In this document: one piece after another, positions 37,321 through 49,480 of the stretch
Layout of the letters: every line of letters begins with the position of its first letter
How positions within the stretch are numbered: position 1 is the stretch's first letter
Assembly (NCBI GenBank): GCA_013265495.1
Contig: MU058065.1
Span: 248,001-312,000, forward strand
Direction of reading: 5' to 3'
Origin: Vicugna vicugna
Lineage: Eukaryota
DNA length: 64,000 nt
Made by a program: the position numbers and the translations under genes
Notes under the pieces: generated by a model
Databases searched by the model: none
Told to the model about the DNA's origin: nothing
What the model saw: the letters and a program-made list of their open reading frames with translations, nothing else

Positions 37321-40259
37321 CTTTAAAAAAAGTAAGTAATAGGACATAAGTGGATATGAACACTTATCTGGAGAAGTCAGAAGAGGCTTCCAGGAGAAAT
37401 GATGCTTGACTTGAATTCTGAAGAGTGAATCAGAGTTTCTGGGCAGAGGAACGGGAAAGAATCTTTCAGATGGGATGAGCAGCCGAAAGGATGACTTGGA
37501 GGCGTGAAGTAACAGGATGTCCTCAAGGGAGCTGATAACCTAATGTTGACAAGTGCTTAATCTGCTGGTCTAGACGGCAACTCTGTGTAAAATTAGGAGG
37601 ACTCGTAACAGTGATCTCACATTTTCCTTCTTTTTTATTATTTTATCAGGGGAAAAGACTCTGTAGTCGAGGCACTTTACCTACTTACACTCTACAGAGC
37701 CAAACATTTTCTCACGTATTAATGAGACAAAAGGAACTGCTTTTGTTGAAAGGCGACGTCTGATCCTCATTTACTATCCCAGCTAAATGATTAATTCCTT
37801 CCAGAAACAAAAACAAAGACAAAGTCATATTATAAACATTAATTCCTTGAGAAATCCATCCATGGACCACCTAGGAGGCTCTTGGGGACCACCAGTCAGG
37901 ATCGGTCTGGGCAAGATTACGATGTGGTTGGAGTTTATCTTGGTGCTCCCAGCCTGCCATCTCTGTGTCTTCAGTCTGGTGTCTCAGGAGCACCAGACTC
38001 TCATCTCTATGAAATTCTGCTTCCCAGAAAGGATTGGACACACGTGTTCTTGCTTAGAAGTATGACCCCAGAAAGAGAGGTATTGCCACTCTCCAAGAGG
38101 GGTTGATTAACCACTATGCCTATTTTACTTCTTAGAAGACAAGGATTGAAGCTAAAGGAATAATTTTGTGATGGTGATTTTTTTTTTTAAATAAGCAATT
38201 CAGGGTGAAAGAATTTAGATTTTTGGGGAGGGAAGAGATCAAGGTGCATTCTCAATACCCTTATAATCACATCTTGTTAGGAGAGTGCTTATGCCTCTCA
38301 GAGTCAACCCATTCAGGGAGTTATCGAAAGAAATCTGCTATGTTCGAGCACAAGGCTAGGTGCTGTGGAGAATATAATGGTTAGAAACAGTCCCTGCCCT
38401 CCAGGGGTTCACAGTCTAGTAAAAGAGCTAAGGATTGACAATGGATAACATTCAAGTAAGGCAGAATAAATCATAGATAGAAGTAGACAGAAAGTATTAT
38501 ATGGAACCCCCCTCCACCCACCAAATAAAGAAATGATTATTTCTAAATGGGAAAAGTCATGAAAGTGAAGTAGTGGTTGGGGTGGAGGAAGCAGAAGGGC
38601 AAGAGAAAATGTGTCATTTGTATTTTTGGCTTTTTATATATGAAGCAATAGGAAATGGAAGCTCATGAAATCAAATAACTTCCCAAGGTAACAGAGTTAG
38701 CAACTGGCGTGGCTGGAGCCTAAGGTGAGTAAGGCATGTAGTGGGAGGTGGTGTGCTAAGGAGTTTAGTTTAATATTCTGGAAATAAGGGGAGCCATTGA
38801 AAGTCTCTTCTTGGTTTATGGGGTGGAGTGAGTGGGTGGATGAAATATGATATGCATATTTAAGGTGGTCTCTCTGATGTCATGAAGGGTGGATTTAGAA
38901 AGGAAAGAGATTGCAGGCAAGGAGATATATTACGATGGTTTATCCATCCATTTATCTACCTGTTCAACAAAGATTTAATCAGTATCTGCTATTTGCTAGG
39001 CATTACAAAAATCTATTGCAATAACCCAGGTAAAAGAGTGTGAGATATAGAGAGTGAGTTGGGAAGGTGGCCGCAGGGCTTTACAGGAGGGGATAGGATC
39101 ATGCTTCTGATATCTTCCCTTCAGTACTTTCCTCAAATGCAGGGCATGGCCCTTCCACAGCTGTCCAAGTTGGCTCTCTGCATGTTGCAACTGGTGGGCT
39201 GTGAGAAGACAGGATGTGGGGGATGGTGAGGCTGTGCCTTTGGTCTCTGGCTGCCAGCACAGCATGGAAGTGGAGATTCTGAATTCAGAGCTGCTTCTCT
39301 GAGGGAGCAGAGTTCTACAAACCTCTCCATCTCATTTTTACCCATTCTTTGATAAGACCCTATAATTTTCTCTGAATGTCTTGTTCTCAGACTGTCTCTC
39401 TCTCTCTGCAGAATTATAGGGACCTGAGATTTGAACTGGGGACCAGAGAATTAGGTTCAGTGCTTCTCTGCAAATGATAGAGAATAAATAGCCAAATAAA
39501 AAAATCAGCCACAAAACTTCCAGGCCACAGATACAAATGATATCAGGCTCTGGCAGCCTTCTGGAATGTTCTCTCACCAATGGTGCTAACCTGGCCACGT
39601 GGACAAAGAATCAGGATGGTGTTGATCAGAGGGTGGATCCCAGCTGCAGGGGTTGCATGTTTCTAGGGGGAAAGTGGGTGAGTAGTGGGCAGGGGTGAGG
39701 GGACACTGTGTGGACAGAAGGGATAAAATGGCAGGATGAAGAAACTGTCCAAAGAACTCTAGGGCTACTGGAGTATTACTGGTTTGCATTTACTTCTTGC
39801 AAATTGTTGCTTTTCAAATTTTCTTGCTTTTCTTTTACTGTCAAGCCCCATTTTTCTACCATTTCTTTAAAATGAAAATCACAAAGTCTTCTCCTCTTTG
39901 TAGAATTCTTGAGTTTTCTTTAATCAGATGAATTTCTTGCTTAAAGTGTAAAATGATCTGTCGTGTTCTTTCATTTCTGGTGGACCTACCTTAACTTTTG
40001 AGCCATGTCTAGTGAACTTAAAGAGGAGGTTTTTCTGGGATCAGTTTAACAAAATAGAGGAAGTGTTGCCCCCCATATAATGTTTCATTCTGTGGTGCCA
40101 TTAAACAGAATAATTTCTATTACCATGCTCTAAAATTCGGTCCCCAGTGTCAGTTGGGAGACAACATCCCAAGTGGATGAGATTCTCTGTGCTTATAATC
40201 AGAGACCCATTAAGTCTGCCCTTCCACGGCCAGAACACATGTGATTGGAACCGAGAGTG

Positions 40260-41115
40260 GATCCTCTTCCCAATAACCCAATCACACTTTTATACTTTCC
40301 ACTTGGTTTGGAGAGCTTGGTTCCTGAGAAACAAAAGCTTCAATAGTGGCAACGGTGGTTTCATTGAATAGGAAGGTGAGACCACCACTTGGCCTTTTAG
40401 AATCTTTATGCCCATAAGCCTACTGGCTTTGGGGGATTGATTCTGATTACCAAGGGAAACTGGGTTGCAACTCAAAGTGCAGGCAAGAAGTATGTTGGAA
40501 CCCAGGAGTCTCCCTGAGGTGCGTCTTAGTCCTTCCACAGCCAGTAGTAAGAGTGGATGGGAAGTGAGAGCCACCATAAAGTGACTGGACCACTGAGGAT
40601 TCAGACCCTTCAAGAAGAAGGTCTAAGTGACCCCAGCACGGAATAATCCCAGCCAGCGGAGGCTCTAATGAGGACAAAAGAAACGTGGCCTGAGTAGTAG
40701 TGGAAGAAGAAAGTTACAAATACCCGTTACGACCGCACGATCAGTGACGGTCATAGAACATACGGGTATTTTCTTCTTTACTTGTTCTATTTGTATTATC
40801 TCTTTTCATCTTCTTTCTCTCCTCTACCTCTGATTGCTTTAGACAAGGTTTGTTGGAGGTTAACTTTACAGATTAGTGTTCAGGTAAAAGTATATCCGGA
40901 GAAGACCCTGACTGAAACTGAGGGGTAATTGACACAGCCCAGAGAGGGCTGCAGAGCCCTCAGGACGCTCTGTCTCCTTGCTTAGGGAAGAGGATGGGTG
41001 CTTTTGCTTGCAGGAAGACAGCTACATCTTGGAAGCCTGCAGCATAAGAGCTGCCTTTATTGTTGCATGGAAGTTCAAATACTGTAGAGGGCATTCATGG
41101 AGATCTAAAGGTGTG
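40260..41115 (+). mobile_element. ERVL internal 3' region (decayed dUTPase / end of pol, plus PPT)
   Basis: 'gggattgattctgattaccaagggaaactgggt' encodes GIDSDYQGKLG (dUTPase motif III), followed by 'YV.NPG', 'DPS..KV.VTP' and 'VVEEESYKYPLRPHDQ', then a PPT-like 'aaaggtgtgga'. Confidence 0.8.
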
Positions 41116-41650
41116 GATGGTGCCAGACTTTAGCCATTGTCTCTTAGCCTTCAACCCACACTTCTATAGTCTGTTGGGTGGTGCTGGCACCAGGACTGTG
41201 CAAACCTCATTTCTGTTTGGCCAGCTGGCTACCAGTTATGCTCTGCTAACAGGGGACACAAGAGAGAGGCTCCAAGGCTGGGGAGAAAGAAGAGAAGGCT
41301 TCTTTCTGGATGCTTCTAGTTCCTGTGAGGGCAACCCTAGCACTGCTTCTTAATTTCAGAAGTGAGATGACTTTTCCTGTAGCAGCAGGTGAGTCCAGTT
41401 TGCAGCTTTGCCAACAACTGCAGAACAATCCGCATTTACCCTTCAGGGACAAGAGTATCTGACAGACAGTGACTTTTCCTCAGAGGTCTGGGCCCCTTCA
41501 TAGGCTCCTTGCCAAGACGGCAGAAGTTTAATAACTTTATTTCAGAATTTCAACCTTTGTTCTCCCAGCTTTAAGGGGGGTGGCTGCTTCGTGCCGTTGC
41601 TACCTCTGTGACACTTTAGTGTTCTCTTTCTGGCTTTTCAGTTACGTAGG
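41116..41650 (+). mobile_element. ERVL 3' LTR (LTR41/LTR33-like), probably 3'-truncated
   Basis: 'gtgcaaacctcatttctgtttggccagctggct...ctctgctaacaggggacacaagagagaggctccaaggctgg', 'gggggtggctgcttc'; directly follows the ERVL PPT. Confidence 0.7.
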
Positions 41651-41667
41651 TAGATGAAGAGTATCTA

Positions 41668-42393
41668 GGAGAGAAGGTTCATTTCGAAATATGAGTAGGG
41701 AAGGGAACTGGGATCCAAAGATAAATCTTTTGGTCCCGTCGATTTCCATAGCTGCAAAGGAGCCAGCTACCTGTAAGGTTACCAACGAGCATCTTTTAGC
41801 GAGATGGATATGGCTGATACCTGTTTTTGGTCAATGTTATTGTTTACCTACTTCATTTTGATACTCAACTCTCTCTCTGCTCAAGTAACCTTGTGCTGAC
41901 TCTCTCCTGATCAGACCCCGATGGATACAGTGGTTAACAAGACTCCTCTTGGTACAGACAGATCAGTTTTAGACAGAGCAACCCCCAATTCTAGTCCCGT
42001 CACCTGTGATTTAGTAACTCTGAGTGCACGGATGAATGACATGGTATTTTTGTAAGTTAGAGTCCTCTGGAATCAATGAGGAGGGTGGCGCTTGCTCTGA
42101 CCTGTTCGTAAGGCTGGGGTGGGAACTGAATACAATCATATTTCGGGCCTCTTTGGTCAATTGTAAGGAGCTGTACACGTTCCAGAGATTATGTTCACAA
42201 AAGTTAAGACAGTCTAAAATGAAGGTATCGACTGCCTCTGTCCCATTAAGAGATGCTTACTGGTAACTTTTCAGGTAGCTGGCTTCTTTGCAGCTGATGG
42301 AAACTGAGAGCACCAAGAGGTCCATCGACGAGTCTCAGTGCTTTTTTTAGACAGAAAATCTCTACTCATATTTCCAAATGGACCTCATCTCTT
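41668..42393. repeat. Long imperfect inverted repeat (arms about 41668-41833 and 42212-42393)
   Basis: Reverse complement of 41743-41822 aligns with 42223-42303 at 62/81 columns by hand. The outer blocks also match: gagaaggttcatttcgaaatatgagtag / ctactcatatttccaaatggacctcatctc. Confidence 0.9.
41920..42192 (+). mobile_element. Highly diverged MIR in the loop of the inverted repeat
   Basis: Head 'tacagtggttaacaagactcctcttggtacagacagatc' and tail 'ttggtcaattgtaaggagctgtacacgttccagagattat'. Confidence 0.6.
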
Positions 42394-44723
42394 CCCAATT
42401 GCTACTTCTAAATGTTCCCCGTGTTCTATTTTGGTCTTGCCCAGTTATGAGAAAAATGTCAACATTATTATTGGTGCTATTTTGCTTTTCTATTTTAAAT
42501 TAAATTTGGTCCTCTTACACTATAAAGCATGCTGGGTTTTCTTGCTCTATAGCCTGGATGCTAAATTCATTTCTGCTTCTTGCTAACTATAAGCCAGTTA
42601 TTTTACCCTTCCTGGTCTCAGTTCCCTCGTCTACTAATTGGAAAAGTGTCTTGTATTATCTGTCACATGGGGCTTTTCTATCTTATATAAAAGTGCTCTG
42701 TAAATTCAAAAGTGTTGGAAGAGATGTTACTGTTATTTTTGGTAGTGTTCATAGTAGAAGGGATTTAGGATTGTTTGAAAAGGATCCTGTAAGCAGTGTC
42801 TGGAAATATCACTATATAAATTAGCATTAAAAATTTGCTGTTTCAAACCCTTCCATTGATGCACATTAAATCTATGCTGGTAAAATACATGGTATTGAAT
42901 TTCAACAAAGCACTAGTTTCTATGACAAGATTGGTCACTTCAGTATATTTCCAGGCAGTTTTGATCGCATGAATTTGTCCTAATACTGCAACCGTTTGCT
43001 CGTGTCTGAAAGAGTGATTACATATGAGAAACACTCACACATCCAGAAAGGAAAGACTGATAAATGAATACTCAGAGATTCTAGAACCAGGAACAACTGA
43101 TTCCAAGGTTTTAATTAGCAGAGACGTATGCACTAAAAGCGACACGCACGATAAAGCAGTTGAACAGTAGTGAGGAAGATACGACAGACCAAATTAATTC
43201 CCTGATGGCCTCCAAAATAAATGTTCACCAACTCAGGCTTATTTGCCATAAGTTTTCCTTTTGGCTACTGTTTCAAGCTGCTTGTAGACACAAGAGGGGA
43301 AAGGAGGATGGAGTTAATCGTTTGCAGAATTCATGCTACCAAGCAGCAAAGGCTCATTACATGCTTATTAATTCACACGAAATCAGTTGTCTGACTTACT
43401 TGTGCTGGCTGTCTGTATTGATTGGAGTTATTGTATAGTTGCTGAACTGTTGAAAGGATATTGGTCACTTACGAAACAATGAAGACATGGGCTGCCCGTG
43501 TGTATGTGTGGCTTTCATGTCCACTGCAAACCTCATCTGCTTTAAGAAGACAATCGAACCAATTCCTGCCAAAATCACCCTCATGACATGCCTAACGGTT
43601 ACTGAGTCTCAGAATCATACCGGGCTGTGTCGTGATCGAAAGGGCATACATTCATACCTAGAATCAAATCACCACTCCCTTAGGGTGAATCATTGGATGT
43701 CTATCCCCTGTGAAACTGGGAAGGTCATAAGGTGAAGTACTTTTAGCTTTTTATTGGACTTTCCCCTGGGTAGATTGGAAATAGTTTGCAGGCCTCCCTA
43801 CACCTCTCCCAAGTCATTCTCTACCTTAAAAAAATGTTTCTTCAAGTCTGCAGTTTCCTCGGGGGCTGGGGGTGCTTACTGTCCCTTCGAACTGCAGTTA
43901 GGCTTCTCACAATCATTACAATGCCAGTGACTCACTAAACGTTCCCTCGTGTTGTAAGCGTAAAACTGTGCAAATACGATGGCTTTTTAGATCTTTTACT
44001 TCCAGGCCATCTGTGGAGCTAGCTCCCTTTCTGGTGCCCTTGGCTTAGCATATGGGTACGTTTTGTCGCATAGCATGTGACTTAGGAATGGAAGACATTT
44101 GATGTGCCTGCCACTGCATCTCAGAGGGTTGAATGGACTCCCGGATGAAGGCACGGTAGTCTCCAGACGTGGGGTGGGGTTGGGGTGGGTGGGGAGATCA
44201 GTGCTGACTTGTGGCCGGCCCACTGGGTCATTGCTGGAACTGGGCTCGCCCGAAGTAGCAGCCTAGGAAGGGTCCTTGATGCAATGACATAGCTCAGTGG
44301 ACCTCATTTTTTTTTTAAAATCTGCTCTAAAGGAGAAAGGGAAGTCTTGAATACTGGTTAGGCAGCATGATTCCTAATTGTGGGAGCAGTAACATCAGGG
44401 AGACGTAACACCTTTACCAGGGCTCAGTGCTCTTGCAGGTTCTCTCACATTTATCTTTCGTCCTGGAAGGCATTTCAGCTCCAGTCTTTAGTAAGCACCT
44501 TCACCCCATTTTATCAAAGAGCAATGCAAGGCCCAGAGAGATGAACTGACTGAGATCTCATGGCAGAGCCTGGTATTTTGGTCTTAAGTCTGTTGCCTAT
44601 AGACTTTTCCACCAATAGTGTGGTGATAAAACAAGGTGGCTATCTCTGCCCTTGGGGATGTCTGAAATCCGCATTCTCCATTCCCTGTAGATGTAAACGA
44701 GTCATGTCAAATTTAAAATGACT

Positions 44724-44808
44724 TTCACGTATAACTGAAAAATTGTGCTCTACACTGGAATTCGACACAACATTGTAAAATGATTATAAATCAATAAAAA
44801 ATGTTAAA
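44724..44808 (+). mobile_element. 85-bp young L1 3' tail with perfect 15-bp TSD
   Basis: TSD aaatttaaaatgact at 44709-44723 and 44809-44823. The body closely matches 62971-63050. Confidence 0.9.
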
Positions 44809-44869
44809 AAATTTAAAATGACTGCAAATATTTTTCCGGAAGAACTTTTTAATGGGAAAAGGAGGTAAT

Positions 44870-45445
44870 GTGTTATTTATCACTGCATAACAAATTACCC
44901 TAATTCTTAATAACTTAAAACAGAACACATGTATTATCTCACAGTTTGTGTGGGTTGGGAATCCAGGACTAACTTAGCTGGACTCTTTGCCTTGAGTTAT
45001 CTCACCATCAAGGTGTTGGCCAGGACTGTGGTCTCAGCCAGAGGCTGGACTGGGGAAGGATCCGCTGCTAAGCTGACTCACATGGTTGTTGGCAGGATTC
45101 AGTACTTGGCTGTTAGACCGAACCCATCAGTCCTCACAGGCTGTTGGCTGGAAGTAGCCCTCGGTTCCTTGCCACATGGGCTCTTCTGCATGACAGCTTG
45201 TGTCATGAAAGCCAGAAAGCTAAGCAGGCAAGAGAAAAAGAGAACGCTAGCAAGACACAAGCAATGGTGCTTTCTTAACTAATCTCAGACGGGACCACCC
45301 ATCACTTTTGCCGTATTCCATATTCATGTTGACTAGAAGCAAGTCCATGGGTCCAACTCATTCTCAAGGGGAGGGGGGCACACAAAGGTATGAATACCAG
45401 GAAGAAAGAAACACTGGGACACATTTTAGAAGATGGTTCCCCACG
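44870..45445 (-). mobile_element. MaLR LTR, MLT1F-like
   Basis: 'ctgcataacaaattaccc...aacttaaaaca...tattatctcacagtttgtgtgggttgggaatccagg', 'ggggaaggatccgctgctaagctgactcacatggttgttggcagg'. Confidence 0.85.
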
Positions 45446-45719
45446 GAGGTGTTGTCCTATTTGTTCCATGTTTAGCACATATAAAACCTCATTTATTTTG
45501 GCTTGCTAGAGTCCATCACAATGTGCTGAAATAGCTTTAGTTCATGTCATCACCACTAAAATAGAGATGGAAACAAGAGCAGATCATCCCGTCTACCTCC
45601 TTCACTCTCCTCAACTCCTATCCACCCCCAACTCTGAGGCACACAGAGGGAGACTGTGCCCATAGGAAGGGCCTTGGGGTCTTCAGTGCTCCTCTAGACC
45701 AGGCGCCTAGAGAGGAACC

Positions 45720-46420
45720 CATGCAGTGGCTACAAGGGGCTTTGGGAGGGAAGGACTTCGGTTTGCATCCTTGTTCCATTTCTCAGTAGCTGTGGATCTT
45801 GAACAGTATTATCCTGAAACTGTTTCCTCATCTGTAAAATGGGGCCAATAATCCCTGCCTACCAGGTTGTTGGGAACATTCAGCAAGATAATGTGTACAA
45901 AGGGAACCTTCTCCGATTCTGGCCATAGACAAAGGATCACAGCAGATGGACACTCCTTTCCCTCTTTTTTCCCCCCCAAATAATAGAGGCTTCCACAGGA
46001 AAGGTCAGGGCAAGATTTTGTTTCCATAATAGGGCTCTTTGATCTTGAGAGTTATCATACGACTTAATTTTGGGGGTCATTTAGTCTACTTGATATTCAT
46101 ATTTGAGTAAATTAGAGTCAAGAGCAGTACCAACCCCAGAGGATTTTTGTGATGTTTAAGAAAGTTAATGTGTGTCAGGCTATTTACACAGTGTCTGCCA
46201 AGTGGTACACACTCAGTAAATGTCAGCTATTGCTATAACAGTGTCTCTACATAGAATATCTCAAAAAAATTACTTCAACTCGTTGTGCCTGGAATATGGG
46301 GAAATAACAGGAGGGTTGTCATTAAAGTTAATGTCATAAAATGTTTTAAATAGTGCCTGGCACATGGTAGGAGCTCAAAGAATGTAAACAAATGTTAACT
46401 TTATTTTTTATTAGTATTTG
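45720..46420 (+). mobile_element. Cluster of three MIR fragments
   Basis: 'ctgtttcctcatctgtaaaatggggccaataat', 'acagtgtctgccaagtggtacacactcagtaaatgtcagctatt', 'atagtgcctggcacatggtaggagctcaa'. Confidence 0.75.
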
Positions 46421-46890
46421 ATCAGTGTTTGCTTCTGCTATGGAGGACTTGTACCTAGCATAAATATATTTAATATAAGTTTTTTTATATTATGTGATAT
46501 ACATAATATATATTATACATGCTATATTACTTATATCCTATATATTCAATTATTATTATATATTATATATATGTAATACATACATACAAACAAGAGCGTG
46601 ATTTATCCTCTGCACCCACATAGAGAGGAAGAACCAAGTGTGAGAAGCGAATATTAAAATAAACAAACAAACCATTTTTCTGTTTTTTGGCCACTATCCA
46701 GGAGTATAAATCACATGTGTGACAAGCCCAAGGTCCCCAAAGATCATGTGTGAGACACATATTATAGTATCTCATTCGAATTGCTCTTTTTTTCCTGTAG
46801 GGTAATATTTTTGGTTCCGGGTACTCATCCTCTTTGCTGGTTAGCAGCTCAGTCACCAAAATGGTGGATACACATGGTCTTTAACGTCAA

Positions 46891-47010
46891 TTTTTTTAAA
46901 TAGTATTTTTTTTTATTGAGTTATAGTCAGTTTACAATGTCATGTCAATTTCTGGTGTGCAGCCCAATTTTTCAGTCATACGTGAATATACATACATTCA
47001 TTTGATGTCA
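46891..47010 (-). mobile_element. Short young L1 3' tail
   Basis: 'ttttattgagttatagtcagtttacaatgtcatgtcaatttctggtgtgcagcccaatttttcagtcatacgtgaa' is the reverse complement of the 44724/62971 tail family. Confidence 0.85.
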
Positions 47011-48971
47011 CTTTGACTTGCCTTCCTCTTGAATAGTTACTGCAAAAATTTAGTCTTGCTTCCAATGTATCAAATTCAACCATTATCTTCAGAGAAGCAG
47101 GCCGGTTTTCTTCCCTCGGAAGATGTTCGTGTATAACAAGGACAATGTGAAAATTAGAGGTTTTAAGCACCCAACAAAGGCTATTCAGAGCGATGTTTGG
47201 TGAGAGAGAGGGAATGAGAGCAAGACTGTGTTCATGAAAGGGAGAGACAGACAGAAAGGGAGGAGAAAGAAAAATCCCTTTGTAAGTAGCCACTGAAACA
47301 CAACTTCAAATACCCTGTGTTTCTGGGAAGAAAGCCTCTGTGTAAAAAAAGGAGCATCTCTCCAGTAAGTTCTAAATTAAGTTAATAAAAACAAATCGAA
47401 GCAGAGGGCCAAGTCTGCTTTCTGGAGGCCACTGGGAGAGGCAGACTCTGGCAACTGTTTCCGTGAGAAAAATTGGTCGATTGTGGGAACCTAATGATTT
47501 CTCTAGAATGATTTCTGCCTTAGATACATGGTGAATCAGAGTGCCCTGTCACTCTTTCTCTCTTGTCCTCTCTCTCTTTAATCTTCCTTAAGAAATTTTC
47601 CCGTATCATCTCAAAGTAAAACAAACACAGTCTCCTAGTCTGCCTGCCTTTGGGGGCCCAAAAACAAGTGAGTGGATTTGTCAGGGGGTGTTCGGCACTG
47701 GAGTTAGAGCGGAACTGTGGCTGCTCAGGTGTCTGTAATAGAGATAAAAGTGGTTGTCCAGCAAAAAAAGGATCTGTTTTTCTTTGACTGCACCTCAGGA
47801 AAGGTCAAATAGGATTAAATTTTTTTAAGCTGACCAGAACAAAGATAGATGACTTGATTTTCAGTGCAAATTCGGTTACGTCAAACCAAGTAGCCCCAGA
47901 AATATGATCGATTAACCTCTGGAGAGTCAGTGACATAATTCATTCCACTCCCTTTGGTGTCACTGCGGTGCCCTGTGCTGTCTTTCAGGATGATGGATTT
48001 ACAGGGATTCCCAAATGTCTGTTAATGCCCTTCACCCACTTTGCTGAGATCAGTCATCTGAACAAATGGTGTGAGGATTTTGTATGAAGATGCTATAAAA
48101 AGAGTCATTGGTTTCTCTTGTTCGTAGCAGTTATCAGGTATATGGGCTGAGGGGAGACTAAAATTCAAGAACTGATGTCACCAAGAATGAGAGCCGTGTT
48201 TGAGTCGGAATTATCCGGAGCGTTCAAACAAAGATGTCTACTTTGAAGAGGGTCTTTATTTCCCTAAATATTTTCTAGAAGTGCATTTTTCTACAGTTTT
48301 CCTTACATTTGTTTCATTTTATGTATTTCTACACGCTATGCAAGTTATAAAAATCCCGTTTTCTGTACCTAGTCACAGGAGGTGGGTAAGAAGGGATATG
48401 TGAGCATAAGGACAAAATGGAGAGTGTTTGGAGAGACGAACAATCACCACAGAAACAATCGCCCCAGAAGGCACTGGTCATTTTCAGTGTTCTGACCTAA
48501 AGCTGGCGAGGGGGCAGGAAGAACTGTGTCAGCTGTGATAACCTGCTCGAAAATCGAACCCAAGACATGGACTGAGAACTGCATTCTTCATTTCCAATGG
48601 AAATAACAAGTGAGATGTGTGGGATACACATGTGTACCTTTCACAGTCTTCTGATGAGCGATGGCTGTATGTTACGAATTGTGATCATTTGGGGCAGAAC
48701 ACAATACAAGGGGTGAGGACAGATGATGAGAGAAACTGTCACACAATGTGATAAACCTAAAAGCTGGATGCGAACTGTGAGCCACAGACTACAGAGAAGA
48801 CAGACGAATCTGGGTGGATCTACTGAGGAGGAGGAAGGGAGGAGAATTGAGAAGATCTCACTAAGGAAGTGAAAGCAAGGAGCCTTGAAGCAGGAATGAG
48901 GTAGGCTTCTTAAGAAAAAGGATAAAAAATGAAGGAGTGGTAAGAGGCGGAGGGGAGGTTGTAAGTGATAA

Positions 48972-49480
48972 GTTCATTCTTTCAACAAATGTGACTTTGG
49001 TGCCTGCCATATGCCAGGCACTGTTCTGGCGTATTCTGGCTGGTACAGTTCTCTGGGAGTGTTCCTCAAGAAACCTCGTGGGGAGATAATGAATGAGATA
49101 AATAATGCTAAGGAGGAAAAATAAAGCAGGGAGGGGAATTTGACATTTGAAGGGGGGGTGGGATTTTTAGGAGGGTGGCCAAGAATGTTTTCACTGGGAA
49201 CCAAAATTCTGAGTGGCAACCTGAAGGGAATAAAGGAGCAAACCTGTGGCTCCTGGGGAAAGAACATTGTAGGTGAGAACAGATCTGGGGGAGCTCAGGC
49301 TGTGAGCTGGGGGAGTCGGGGGTGAGAACGAGGGCAGAGCTTTGCAGGAAGTAGCTTTGAAATTGAGGGCAGGACCTTGGTCTTTGCTCTGAGTGAAGGA
49401 GGAAGATGCTGGAAAGTTTTCAGCAGAGGAGTGACCTGATCTGACATGATTTTATAGGCTTTCCCCAGCTGCTCTGCAGA
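48972..49480 (-). mobile_element. L2 3' end
   Basis: 'ttcattctttcaacaaatgtgactttggtgcctgccatatgccaggcactgttct', 'ggaaagttttcagcagaggagtgacctgatctgacatgatttta'. Confidence 0.8.

Noticed and set aside
47973..48085. Possible exon after 'ctgtgctgtctttcAG' (47988)
   Set aside because: Only a weak donor follows, and the open frame (DDGFTGIPKCLL...) is unrecognisable and stops soon after.
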